Notes under the pieces: generated by a model
Database searches by the model: none
What the model saw: the letters and a program-made list of their open reading frames with translations, nothing else
What the model was told of the DNA's origin: nothing
Made by a program: the position numbers and the translations under genes
Source of the DNA: Nemertoderma westbladi
Taxonomy: Eukaryota; Animalia; Xenacoelomorpha
DNA length: 58,757 bases
NCBI GenBank assembly: GCA_032718475.1
Contig: JAUCBJ010002573.1
Span: 1 to 58,757 of the forward strand
Direction of reading: 5' to 3'
Shown: one piece after another, positions 46,979 through 58,757 of the stretch
Layout: the number at the start of each line of letters is the position of its first letter
Position numbering within the stretch: the stretch's first letter is position 1

Positions 46979-49168
46979 CAGGGCTGGCAAAGTAGGTTTT
47001 TGTAAACCTAGGTTTTTGTAGGTTTTTGTCAAAAACCTAAAATTTGAAAAAAGCCTAAAACTAGGTTTTTAGGTTTTTGATTTTTCATCTTTAATTTGCC
47101 TTTTAATTTCATTTGTACACTCAAAACAACTGAACAAGTCAACTTGCATTGTCAGCTGATGAGTTCGAGTTCCAGTCCAGTCCAGTTGTCTTGCTGTCTT
47201 GTCACTACTGACACAGTCAGGGAGAAGTTCAAATTTCAACTGAGTTAAAATTTAAAACTTTTTTTTTAAAATTCAACTTTTAAGTTGTAAATTCAACTCT
47301 AAAATTGCAGGAGGCGCAGAAGGGCCCCAAGACGTCACAGAAGGGGTGTTTTTATTGTTTTTATGGATGTAACTCGAAAAATTAACCCTCATTGTCATTA
47401 CCGATGGAATAAAAACTTTCGCAGTCGGGAATACTTTTTTTAAAAACATTTTAAGTGATTACATTTGCAAATTAGCTGAAATACTACGGGAATTTATTAG
47501 ATGTATGAAATGACCGCTGTTTGTCATAATTATTATGCAATGGAATACCAGTAATGGATTCCAATTCCTTATTTCAGTATCTCCAAAGCTACTCCAAAAG
47601 TTGAAATTTAAAAGAAAGTTGAATTTTAAACTCTACTCCAAAAGTTGAATTTTAATAAAAAGTTGAATTTTAAAAAATAAAGTTTAAATTTCAACTCAGT
47701 TGAAAATAGAACTTCTCCCCGACTGTGACAAGCTGACTGATGCAAGTTAGCTGATGCAAGTTAGCAGTCCGATGGTCCGGTACCGGCTGACCGGTAACTC
47801 AACTACCTGACTACAGACCTACATCCTGACGTATGTACGTTGCTGCTGATAACTGTCAGTTAGGTACAATGGCCAAATCTGGCAACCTCAAAAATTGCCA
47901 CATATGGCAATGTGTATTGCCAAATCTGGCAACTTTTGGTTTTTCTAATTTTCGCACGCCCAGAAGCAAAATCGCATTTTGGTAAATAGTTAAGTGAAAA
48001 GAGCGCGAAATTTTAATATAATTGACCGTATAAGAAAAAAAATCATCGTCTGAATTTCTCTTAGCAATAGGCCGAAATGTGCCTAAAATAATTATTGCCA
48101 TTTTTGGCAACCATTAGAATTAAAGAAAAATAATGGTTGCCATTTTTGGCAACAATTATTATTGTGCAGCGCAGCCCTGTCAGTAACCCTGTCATTGTAA
48201 ATTACTTCAAAATTGCTTACTGCTTGCTTACCCTTGTCGAGTTGTGATGATTTATAAACATTTTTAGTTGATGAAATGTCAGAATGTAGGCCTATTTGAT
48301 ATGTTGTTAATATGTTAATGGACAGATGGATGAGTCTGTATCAGATACCGTACTGGTAGACTAGACTGGTATAGGCCCTATGGTATAGGCATAAACAAAT
48401 CTAAAGAATCACATGCTGCAAAGGCTGAAATGGAAATAAACGTAATAATATTTGACAACGTCAGAACGTTAACATCACCAAAAGGCAGCAAGAAGGCAAG
48501 GGGGCATTAAAGGTCTCTGCAGCTCTGGCAGTCTGGCTTTGGTCAGCTGGTGGTCACATGCAGTCAGGTGGTTATCGGGTTATGGTTTGCGTTATGCTTT
48601 TATGGCAGTATGGGACTGTGGGATGGGGTGGCATTCTGCATTCGCTGAATCGCGTGCCTGCATTCTGCATGCATTGATTAAAGCTAATGATACTAATAGA
48701 CTACTGAACTACACTAATACTGTAATAGGCCTACTGTAATTTAGTGTAATAAATAGTTGCACCTACTGTCTGAATTTAAGACTGTACTGCTGTAAGCCTA
48801 CTTTCAGACTTTGTACAGGTTTATATAATTGTAACTAATATGACAATGAAACCTGACGGACTCATTCTCTCAAACAATTTTGTATCATAGTGTATCTATC
48901 TGTCTATAAAATATAATCTTGACCAGTTGACCAAATGTGGCCCCATATACTGATATAATTTATCTAATCATTTACCAACCACAAACCAGGTCAATCTAAT
49001 CAATCAATATACAAATACAGAAATACTACAAAAACCTAGCGAAATACTACAAAAACCTAGCGAAAACCTTCAAAAACCGGCAAAAACCTTCCAAAAACCT
49101 ACAAAAACCTTGCAAAAACCTAAAACCTAAAAATTTTTCTGAAAAACCTATGGTTTTTGCCAGCCCTG
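46979..49168. mobile_element. Non-autonomous hAT-like DNA transposon
   Basis: TIR CAGGGCTGGCAAA / TTTGCCAGCCCTG; 8-bp TSD GTTTAAGC (46971-46978, 49169-49176); subterminal AAAAACCT repeats at both ends. Confidence 0.9.
47210..47728. mobile_element. MITE-like inverted-repeat element nested in the hAT-like element
   Basis: CACAGTCAGGGAGAAGTTC...TTCAACTGAGTT / AACTCAGTTGAA...GAACTTCTCCCCGACTGTG; no TSD identified. Confidence 0.7.
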
Positions 49169-49574
49169 GTTTAAGCTGACCGGTAAATATCATCTGGCTT
49201 GATTTTTGATTGAATTATATTATTTACAATAACTTCTTCATACAAGCTCTAAATTTATTGTACAAGCACGTCAATTTGTAGAATTTGAAGCCGGTTCTAA
49301 TGATACTAATATTTCCGTGCCCAAATTTTATTGAGAGTGCCCACGTTTAAATTTCAAAATTCCAATGATAAGCTACGGGGATTTCCACTTAAAAACTGCA
49401 GAATCCAGCCCCCATCTGGCTGTACAAAAGACATGAACTGGCCACTGGCTGACTGTACCTTACTGTACACCTAGCTCATTGTCATTTAGGCCTATATTAA
49501 ATCTTCATTCAGTTAATATCCATTGCTTCTCGAACCGGGAGGACCTGAACTCTTTAAGCGACAACAATCAGACA

Positions 49575-50580
49575 ATGGAACGGTTTACTTGTGAGTCGGG
49601 CAACGCACTGCTAATTACCAAATCTATGTTTGCGAACATCTGTTCGGAAAATGGTCCGTTTGTGCGGACGTTTCTCGAAGAATACCTGGACGCGAACTCG
49701 AGTTTTCTGGACTATTATGTCGTTAATAAATGTACGGCAGGTCATATTACCGAGTGGCTGCTGCGTTCACTCTCCTCTGGGTCTAACAACGCCGCCACCA
49801 CCTCGGGTTTGTCTCACAACACGACCCAATCACCGGCCACTGTCCCGACTGCCGGGTACCACGAGACCAGTATGCCGCAGTGTCCCTGTCCATTGACGAC
49901 TTCGACGTCGACACCTGCGTACCTCCACAATTTCAATCCTGCGACAGGAAAGCATCCGCAATCTCGATACTCGAATCAACCCACGCCACCTACCGAACCC
50001 TCCTCTATGCACCCTGTGGTGAGGTTACAACATCTCTACCAGACAGACCTCCCGGGAGAACAAAGACAAATGGATCCCAAACTGTGTCCGATAGACACCA
50101 AACCAAACCTCATTGAATCTGAATCGAGTAATAATACAGCCAGTTCAACTTTATTATCTTATAACAACATATCGTATACCGCTACCCCCGCAGTTACCAC
50201 AACCAACTCAAACCATTATTCTACCCAACCTCTATCAGCAGACCAGTCAGATGTTCCGGTAATCCTACGCATTAAGACGGAAGACGAACTGGAATATAAA
50301 CCCGACCTAAACGAGGTTGGTGATGGCTTGGGCGATTTAATCTCCCCTATAGATGTAGCATATGGAAACAGTACAGACACTAATGCTTCGACCACCCACT
50401 CAGCTCAGCAGAATCTCCTCCCGGACTCTAACTCCCTGTCTCCCAACACCGCTCATGGTCCCCTAACAGACACTAACTCTTCACCAACCCTCACTACTCA
50501 GTCTCGAGACGACTTCAACTTAAACCTTCCCAACACCTACAACCTCCTGTTGGCCTCTAAATCGACAGTTTCCAGTATCG
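49575..50580 (+). CDS. C2H2 zinc-finger gene 2, exon 1
   Basis: ATG at 49575; donor G|GTGAGT at 50580/50581; paralog of gene 1 exon 1. Confidence 0.85.
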
Positions 50581-50931
50581 GTGAGTTACTATGATTTGTA
50601 TTGTAAACATCGTCTAGTCCGTATTGCCCCCAAACTGAACAGAGTAATTGTTTATTTATAGTGACAGTTATGATAGTTCTGAATTTAGTTTTTGTTTTTT
50701 AGGGTTTTTATCTGATTTAATTAAATTCAATCTAGCCTGAAGCCTTTCTCACCAAATAACAAATATAATATACGAAGCCTATTTCCCAAACTCGCCGAAT
50801 TGCAAACAATACTCCAGAATAGAGACATCCCATTTTTAGCTTTGTCAGAGAAATAGCTGGACTCTATTATCCAGAGGAAGAAATACAAATACGAGGGAAT
50901 TCATTCTGCGTCGCACAAGTTATTGCGATTA

Positions 50932-51288
50932 CTCTGGAGTCCCGAATAGACGGGGCGACACGGCTATTATTTTTTGAAAAAAAAATCCACCCATAATTCT
51001 CTTATTCCAGACACCCCGACTATTAAGTTTTTTTTTTAATTTAGTACATTTTTTATTATGTGTAAATAAACGTTTATTCTCATAATAATTGAGATTTGAA
51101 AGTGAAAGAAAACAAAACCGTGTACCGAGTATACCACCGGTAGCCGTAGATACTACTGTACCTGTACGCCTATACTGTATGTTAAGTAAGTAGGCCTAAA
51201 TTTTCCACCCACGACGTTTATTCCAGCCACCCCGAATATTGGCATAATGAAATTTTTCCACCCACCCCGTCTATTCGGGACTCCAGAG
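50932..51288. mobile_element. TA-flanked MITE (Tc1/mariner-like) in intron
   Basis: TA|CTCTGGAGTCCCGAATAGACGGGG ... CCCCGTCTATTCGGGACTCCAGAG|TA; only the left part remains in gene 1 (~25250-25400). Confidence 0.85.
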
Positions 51289-51535
51289 TATATATATATA
51301 TATACGTTTATTGACAGAATAATATAAATTGAATTCAAATTAGCAGAGCACAATAACAGAAAATTCAATAAAAGCACAATAACGGAACATCAATTTAAAT
51401 AAGTAATATAATACTCTGTCCAGATAAGCTAACTCATGGAACAAAATAGCAATATTACATATTAATAATTACCTACTTAAAAAGAGAGTCGGGAATTCTG
51501 GATGGACTATTTTCATCGATTATTCACTTAATAAT

Positions 51536-52237
51536 ATTTATTTATTGAAAATTTCTTGTACCTCACAACAGAATGCACATAATTTAGGTAACTCCGGTAA
51601 ATTACAATGAAACAGGTTATCTATGGATGTATAATTACTAATACCAAATTTACAGCGCAGGTCTTTAGTGTAATCACAGTGTAATAGCACGTGTTCTTCG
51701 TCCTGTACTACACCCAGCTCACATGAACATACGCGGTCGCTAGGTGGCGTACCGTGACCGCCTTCCTTTTTCGCTACGTAGGTTGTGTGAGCATGTACGA
51801 AATCTCGTAAAAGCTATCCGCTGGTAATCGGGTATGCACAAAGTGCTATTTGAGTAAATTTCGTGCGCGCATAATTGAGGGTTTATATTTTCACGGTACA
51901 ATCTAAACTTTGTAGCCGTTGTCGGTTTATTAACTACTTTCCACCTTCGTGCCTTTAACGAGTAGGCCTCCACATAGCTATCGCAGGCAGTACTAAGTAA
52001 CTGGAACGTTTTTATGTTAGAATCCGACGTTAATTTAAATATTTGCTTGATGGGTAACGATTCATCTAATATTCTTGAATACTTCTTATAAATACGTAGC
52101 TGTGATTTCAAAATCAGAGTCTGTAGGGGTGGTAACCCGCTTTCTAACAGGCATATATCATTCGGGGTAGTTATTCGTACACCTAATAGAGATTTTATTG
52201 CTTTCATATACAAAGTGTCTATAATCTTAAACTTCAT
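51536..52237 (-). mobile_element. 3' fragment of a non-LTR retrotransposon in the intron of ZNF gene 2
   Basis: Paralog of 25535-26233 (TRFRTCSHNLRSEKGR). Confidence 0.8.
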
Positions 52238-52464
52238 ATCGATAGTACATATATCTATAGTAAAATCTTATTTATTAAATCTAAAGTATCAAACCTCACA
52301 CGTATTAATTTACAATGTCGAATCGAAAATCTTATTTATTTACATATATGAATTTAAAACTACAGTAATTAGCAAGTTCTATTGACTAATTATTGCATTA
52401 ATTACTTCAATTATTCTCGTTTCCAATATTCTCCATTTTTAATCTACTCCATTACATTATCTAG

Positions 52465-53126
52465 GCGACCAATCTCAACCATTCCCTGATGATTCAGACA
52501 TGCTCGCTTCCGACGATGACGTAACACCCGGAAGTATGAATAATTCCTTCGACCAACCTGGTCCCTCTGGTATTCAACCCCAGGATATTGTGAAAAGGAG
52601 CCGCTCCAATGAGAAGCCGTTCAGCTGTGATACTTGTGGTAAAGCGTTCGCAAGGAACAGCAACCTAATTATACACCAACGGATCCACACCGGCGATCGT
52701 CCTTACCAATGCGGCATCTGTAACAAACGATTCTCTCAACTAAGTTCCCTAAAGACACACAAACGTGCGCACAGTGGAGAGAAACCGTATAACTGCAACC
52801 TGTGTGAGAAACGTTTCTCTCAACTAGGCAACCTAACTGCGCACAAGCGGACGCATTCCGGAGAGCGTCCGTTCGTGTGCGACACGTGCGGGAAGGGATT
52901 TACGGAGAGCTGCAGTTTAACGTCCCACAAAAGAATTCACACGAAAGATCGACCGTACGTGTGCGACACGTGTGGGAAGGAATTTACGGAGAGCAGCAAT
53001 CTAACGCGCCACAAGAGATCACATACAGGTGAACGACCGTTTAGCTGCGATACATGCGGGAAATGTTTCTCCCACCGACATCAAGTAAAGCGCCACAAAT
53101 GTATCCGCAGTGGGGAGACTCGGTAA
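52465..53126 (+). CDS. C2H2 zinc-finger gene 2, exon 2 (five canonical fingers plus one degenerate; 555 aa spliced)
   Basis: Acceptor TTATCTAG|GC at 52464 joins in frame; one extra 28-aa finger relative to gene 1. Confidence 0.9.
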
Positions 53127-53249
53127 CTGTAATGTTTGTAAGAAACGTTTCTCAACTTCCATGTATATTGGTAGACACTATTTCTCCCTTGTTGCGGTTT
53201 AAACTAGTAAACTATATATGACGTTTGTTGTAGATTGAACTGCTATATG

Positions 53250-55462
53250 TCAGTCAGTACTACAACTATGCTTATTCCCCAGAAGTTAGTTATTTTCCCA
53301 GTTATTTAACCCGCGGGCAGGAAACAACCCGAGGGCGAAGCCCGAGGGTGTTCCTGCCCAAGGGTTAAATAACTGGGAAAATAACTAACTTCTGGGGAAT
53401 AAGTAAGTTGTTACACATGTACTATGGTATGCATTTCGATTATTTTTATCCCTTAACAACTATTTACAGATTCTAAAAGGGCATTGTTTGGGGGGAGAGT
53501 TTACAAAATGGGGCTTGGAAAGTTTTGGGGGTGTTTATATTGATTTTGCCCAAGGGCATTGGAAAATTTTCGGTGTGTTTCACTTTAATTCATTAATTGC
53601 ATAGGTGTTATTTTGCCCAAGGGAATAATAACACCCAAGCTCCAAAGGTAAAACATTAGGCCTACTGTGTCATGTGTGTTGTATAGCTCTATGCTTAATT
53701 CATCCAATCGCCGTAAGATTCGATCATCAAAAAAGCACCTGAATTTGTTAGTGAAAATTGATGTCAAACTTATTTAAATGGTTTACATTCTAAAATTCCT
53801 ATTTTCTTACATTGGCCGCTAGGAGTAACATTGCATAAACTTCAAATTGGATATATAACTAAATTGGCTGAATTAATTGAATAGTATTTTTGGTGGACAT
53901 GTCATGTATCCACTACCCACAGAAGGGGGGTGTATATCGTTCACATTAAATACATTTATTAGTATAAATAATTATTTAGTACTTAGGAAAATGTTAATTA
54001 ATTTAATGGTTCTGGAATATATGAAGTTTATTAAGAATATATATTATATGTATATGAATATATATTAATATATATATATTACTTACTATTGAGTTTCGGA
54101 TTTTGCTCAAACTACGTGGAAAGCTACAAACATTTTCTATTTCGATGCTCTTTCAACACATGTAATAAAGTTTAAGAAATTCCACGAAAAATATTTTCAC
54201 ATTTACATTTTTCGCCGGGAAAAGTAAGTTCAATGCAATCCTAGGCCTACTGTATGATTAACTATTATTCCCTAGGGAAAAAAGTAGGTACTTCTTTTTC
54301 TCCACATTTTGAGCTATATTTGAGCTAACTAAATAGTAACATTATAAGAATAACATTAATATTCCCATAGTAACGGGTTGTTATGCCAGTTTTAAAAGAA
54401 TGATGTCACTTAGAGTCGACCAACACCTATCTCCGCTCCACTATATCAAAGTATGGTCTAGAAAATGTAGTTTTGGCTAAGAACTGCATAAAAGTAAAGT
54501 AAAGTTATATTCAAACGTGTAAGAAGAAACACCCGAGGCAACAACCCAAAGGCTCCATTCTCTTGGCTATTATCTGTAACGCAGGGAAGGCACCACACTA
54601 CTCCCAAGGTCGAGTACTCTGGTTATCTAACCATATTCTTTACTCCTTAACTCATGACAGGTTGCCATTAGCCTACAGTACAACTGGAAGCTAGCAACAA
54701 TTTGGCTGTTCTGGGGCTTGAACACCAGACCTTCCGCTTAGAAGACCGGTTAATACTTTTTTTTACTTTACTTTAATATTAAAACGTTTCAATGTCTGTA
54801 TTAAAAAGGAAAAGGCAGAAAGGGGCGAACGTATTTAAACGACATTCTTAGATATCTTTTTTTAACATTTAGGAGGAAGGAACTGGAGAAACGCCTCACT
54901 GCAGTACGAGGTAGTACGGTACCTTGCAGCCTATATAAATACAGGCCAAACTAGACCTACCTGCAGGGCTGCAGGCTGCAGACCTGGTACGGTGCGACTC
55001 TGGACTGTGACACTATGTAGGCCTACTGTACCGGTACCTCTTAATTTGCCGTGGAAATTGAAAGTTTAGTCATAGGTCAGTGCCGTCAGTATAAGTCGTC
55101 AGTATGAGTATGACAATGAGGTGATTAATGAGACATAAATAGGCCTTGCTGTCTAGTGGAGCACAGCCCAATAATAATGAAACATGAAATACAAAACGCC
55201 CAATAATAATGAAACATGAAGTACAAAACTAGTTGGTGGTCTGAATACCTGATTTACACCTGATGTGACACACAACAGACCTAAGACGAGTACAGCAGCA
55301 TTACCGGTTCCTATGTTTGTATGTCAGTATGTGGTGTCACGATAAACACTTCACTACTAAGAGGGAATAACATGGTTATTTTGCCCTAGGGCAAAATAAC
55401 TTTTTTGGCCGTAGCCCAGCATTAGGGATAGTTATCATCCCGCTAATAAATGTGTAACAACT
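53250..55462. mobile_element. Unclassified non-autonomous element with a ~150-bp terminal palindrome
   Basis: Absent at the paralogous site (~27350-27360). Palindrome 53262-53411 is centred on CCCGAGGGCGAAGCCCGAGGG. 13-bp IR at 53406-53418 / 55450-55462. Confidence 0.75.
54490..54752 (-). mobile_element. Probable 5'-truncated tRNA-derived SINE
   Basis: Minus strand has a B-box-like GTTCAAGCC near the 5' end and an (ACTTT)n tail. Confidence 0.45.
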
Positions 55463-55549
55463 CTTGTTATAATGATTAATAAAGGTTGTCTAGGGACTGG
55501 CCTAGCGGCCCGATAAGGAGCCGATATTGTATTTCATAAAAACTGTCAA

Positions 55550-56130
55550 TTGGTTGCGGTTACCAAGTTACAAATCTGAGTTTCTGGTTACAAATCTGTG
55601 TTTCTGGTTACAAATCTGTGTTTCTGGTTACAAATCTGATATTCCTGTAACAATTTAGTGTTCTCGGCTACAAATAGAAGCACCTTGGTACGAATCTGTT
55701 CTCACAATTATGATAATGTTCAATGAAATGAAATTGGAGTACCTTGTTACAAATCTTAGTTTATGGTTGTGAATCTGACTTTCTGGTTTCGAATCTGAGT
55801 TACCATTAATGAATCTGAGAACCTGGTTACGAATTGGAGTTCCCAGTTACGAATCTCGGTACCTGGTTACAAATCTTTGTTCCCACGTAAAATCAGTGTT
55901 TGGTTACAAAGATGAGCACCCAGTTACGAATTTATGTCTCTGGTTATGATTTGTAGTTACTGGTTACAGATCAGAGCACCCAGTTTTAAATCTGAGTTCC
56001 AGGTAATAAATTCAACTGCCCAGTTACAAATCTAAGTTGTCAGAAACAAACCCAAGAACCCAGTAACAAATGCCATGAGAATATCAAAATATCCAGTAAC
56101 GAATTCAAGTACTCAATTACAAATCTGAGT
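55550..56130 (+). repeat. Degenerate ~20-bp minisatellite (paralog of 27445-27990)
   Basis: Includes near-perfect TTTCTGGTTACAAATCTGTG units. Confidence 0.85.
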
Positions 56131-58039
56131 GTCAGTTACCTTTTTATCAGCCAGCACTACCCATACTAATACTGTAATTTGCACATGTTGAGCATTTATT
56201 TTATAAAAAAATTTGCAACATGATAGTAAACAAAGTTAACAAACAATGAAAATCTGTTCCTAATAATTATTTAATTAGTTAGGCCAACATATATCCTGTC
56301 TAAATCAAAATAATAATACCGAAATAAACCGTGATGCATTTTACTCCACCGTCAATTAATTTAAACAATGAAAAGGAACAAGACAATCTTTTTTAATCTT
56401 CTTCTATATTATTTAACATCCACATCAGCTGTACAACGAATAGGTCATTAAATTACTTTATTAGAATAAACCAAATTAAATATAAAGTTTAAAATTGAAA
56501 AATATCACTCTACGGCATAAAATTAATATTAATTTAAAATTAATGTGGCAAAAGAATGTATAATAACAAACACCTCGAAAAATACAGCTTGCCAACACAT
56601 TGTTACTATCAATAATAAAATTAATGTATCAACCAAAATCACGATTGTATAACATCCCGCATAGCAGCATAACATATTCAACAATAACATAATCAATAAC
56701 TAAGGGGCGAGCCACGAAGTGACAATTAGTGCTCAGGAGAAGACATCCAGACCAGCAGGACGAACTATTCAGATCGTCAGGAGGACACTTTAAGACTTAT
56801 TTGAAAGATTTAGCGCCTTATGTTTATTTTATATTTGAACTGATTTAATTTGGTGGAAGTTTATTATGTATATTTACAATATAAAGATTTATTGAAAGAG
56901 TTGAAATTATTTGTTCGATTTGTTTTGATTTAATTTGTTCTGATTTGTTTAATTGGTTTATCTTGATAACCGAAAGCCTTTTTTTTATATTTTATGCACT
57001 AAAGTTGATTGGTAAATTTGTATTTTGTATGTACGATGGATTGTATTTACGCTGTAACTGCAATATTAAGTATGCAATAATTAGATAGTGATTATTTTAT
57101 ATTTTAGGCCCTACCAGTAGATTTAGAAGTATTTGTAAATAGTTTTGTATTTCGATTGGTGAAAACAGTCTTACTTACTGTTTTCATGGAGCGGTGATGA
57201 ATTATTTCACTATAGAATGGCATTTGTACAGTACAGGCCACCAGAAAAAGCAGATTTCATCCAATGTGATCACATGTTAACACATTTGTTCAAGTCATCT
57301 GATTGGCAGGTTATGGCGAGTTATCTTCTAGATCACACAGCAGGATGCTAACTTGCTGGGACCGACAAAGAATTTGTGTGCGGTGCGCCTGTATGTCTGA
57401 TATCAGGTAGATGAGAGAGCCTCCAGGGCGTAACATTGCGGACATGGGCTGTATTGGTAGAGAGAGAACTACATACAAGACCACATGGAGGTTCATGGAG
57501 TGTATGGGTGGATGGGTATGTGGATGGGAGGAGCCTAGACCATTGAATAATTAATTTAGTGCAGGGAGATGTCGCGCCATTAGTCTGACACCGAGAGGGC
57601 ACAGAGAAACACCAGAAGATGCCTTAACATCAATAACTATAGGCCTGCCTACTAGATACTATTAACCGCACACTATAAAGGTAAACAAAATCCTTATCGC
57701 ATTTCCAGCTGCAGTGAGTGACGGTTCGCGGCAAACTACAGAGAGTTTCCAGATTACTAAGCGTTTCAAAAGTATTCAATTGTATCCTTTGGCGAAAAAA
57801 TTTTGGTTGTTGCCAATTCAATTATGTTCAATTATGTTCAATTGTCCCGTTCAACAACATTACATTACACTGGTACACATTTGATAAAATGTGTTCACAA
57901 TTGTACAAATCTGCGTTTTCTGGTGGCCTGTACTGTAGTATAACGTAAAAACTTTCGAAAATCCGACGCACTTTGATTAAGTTACAGTAATGTAATATGC
58001 CTACTCATATCAGTATACATAAAACCCCTAGTTACTCTC

Positions 58040-58110
58040 GTGGCGTAGTGGTCAGATGGTTAAGGCGTTGGTTGCATTACATAGGTTACGAGTTCGAATC
58101 CCGGTCGGGA
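58040..58110 (+). other. tRNA-like Pol III head (SINE remnant or tRNA pseudogene)
   Basis: A-box-like TGGTCAGATGG and B-box GTTCGAATCC at tRNA-like spacing; no convincing cloverleaf. Confidence 0.5.
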
Positions 58111-58757
58111 AAATTGCATTTTGGTGCAATTTATTTTCATTTCATACAATTTAACAAACCAATGAGGTGCGTACAACACATGGAACGATGAGTTGGGCTA
58201 ATCATAGGGCATGGAATATCTTATTGCTCCTATGTGAGGCCATGGAATACTCTAGAGGGTTCTAGTAGATTCTATGTCCCAGATTTAGTATATAAAGGGC
58301 TGGTTTGCCTTCGGTTATCACTTACTTGACTTATCACTTACTTGACTAGTTAGTAACTCTCACTTATCTCTCTAGTTATCCACACTACCCATTAGTTAAC
58401 TTTAGTTTCTTGTTGAAACTTTGCAATTATGTTTTGATAAAGTCGTAAACTGTAAATATACTACAAACTTCTGAACATGTTTTTCTGTTTTTGTCCAACT
58501 TTGGGACAGCAAAGCATTAAGAAGATGGCCGCCTAGACCGTTAGGCCGTCAGCAACGCAGGGAAAGGATGTCCACAACACGCTAGCGCCCACATTATCTT
58601 AGACCGCGCACCCCCTTCGCCCTTCGAAATACCCCACATGCCATGCAGCGCCCGCTTTATGAGGAAGGTAAGACTTTGTTTGACGCCCTTGCCCGACGTA
58701 AGACCTATAGATCAGGGTAAGCGTGACGTCGTCCTGGGACGCCGCAAATTTAGGATC

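Larger units (their letters stand above)
49469..56722 (+). repeat. Segmental duplication unit paralogous to ~23779-28482
   Basis: Colinear exons, intronic LINE fragments, minisatellite and downstream flank; differs by indels and a 2.2 kb insertion. Confidence 0.92.

Noticed and set aside
57300-57630. Degenerate LINE ORF1 or other gene fragment on the minus strand
   Set aside because: Coding-like composition but no motif I could confirm.
58040-58110. Functional tRNA gene
   Set aside because: A and B boxes are present but acceptor and anticodon stems do not pair convincingly.
58233-58757. Start of another LTR element (TGTGAGG, TATATAAAGGG, short repeats)
   Set aside because: No partner repeat, TSD, clear PBS or ORF within the window.

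Overview
Repeat-dense animal (probably invertebrate) genomic DNA with no prokaryotic features. (1) Bel/Pao LTR retrotransposons: copy A (+, <1-21335) is interrupted by copy B (-, 5183-20534, TSD AAACT), which is interrupted by an RTE-clade LINE (+, 12422-14977, TSD TTTATAATA). An inverted LTR stub (D, ~21376-21790) closes this nest. Copy C (+, 33114-43579, TSD CCAGG) splits the RT of a CsRn1/Kabuki-like Gypsy element. Between integrase and the 3' LTR this family carries a ~1.7 kb conserved spacer and ~2.1 kb of extra coding sequence that is not env-like (about 700 aa in three -1-offset frames). (2) Two paralogous two-exon C2H2 zinc-finger genes (23887-27230 and 49575-53126) have a near-invariant ~66-aa N-terminal domain, but all nine -1/+3/+6 base-contact residues of fingers 1-3 differ and finger number differs (5 vs 6), resembling KRAB-ZFP evolution without a KRAB domain. 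(3) Many MITE/foldback, hAT-like, piggyBac-like, SINE-like and LINE fragments. Family assignments come from motif recognition by eye; no searches were run and some boundaries are approximate.
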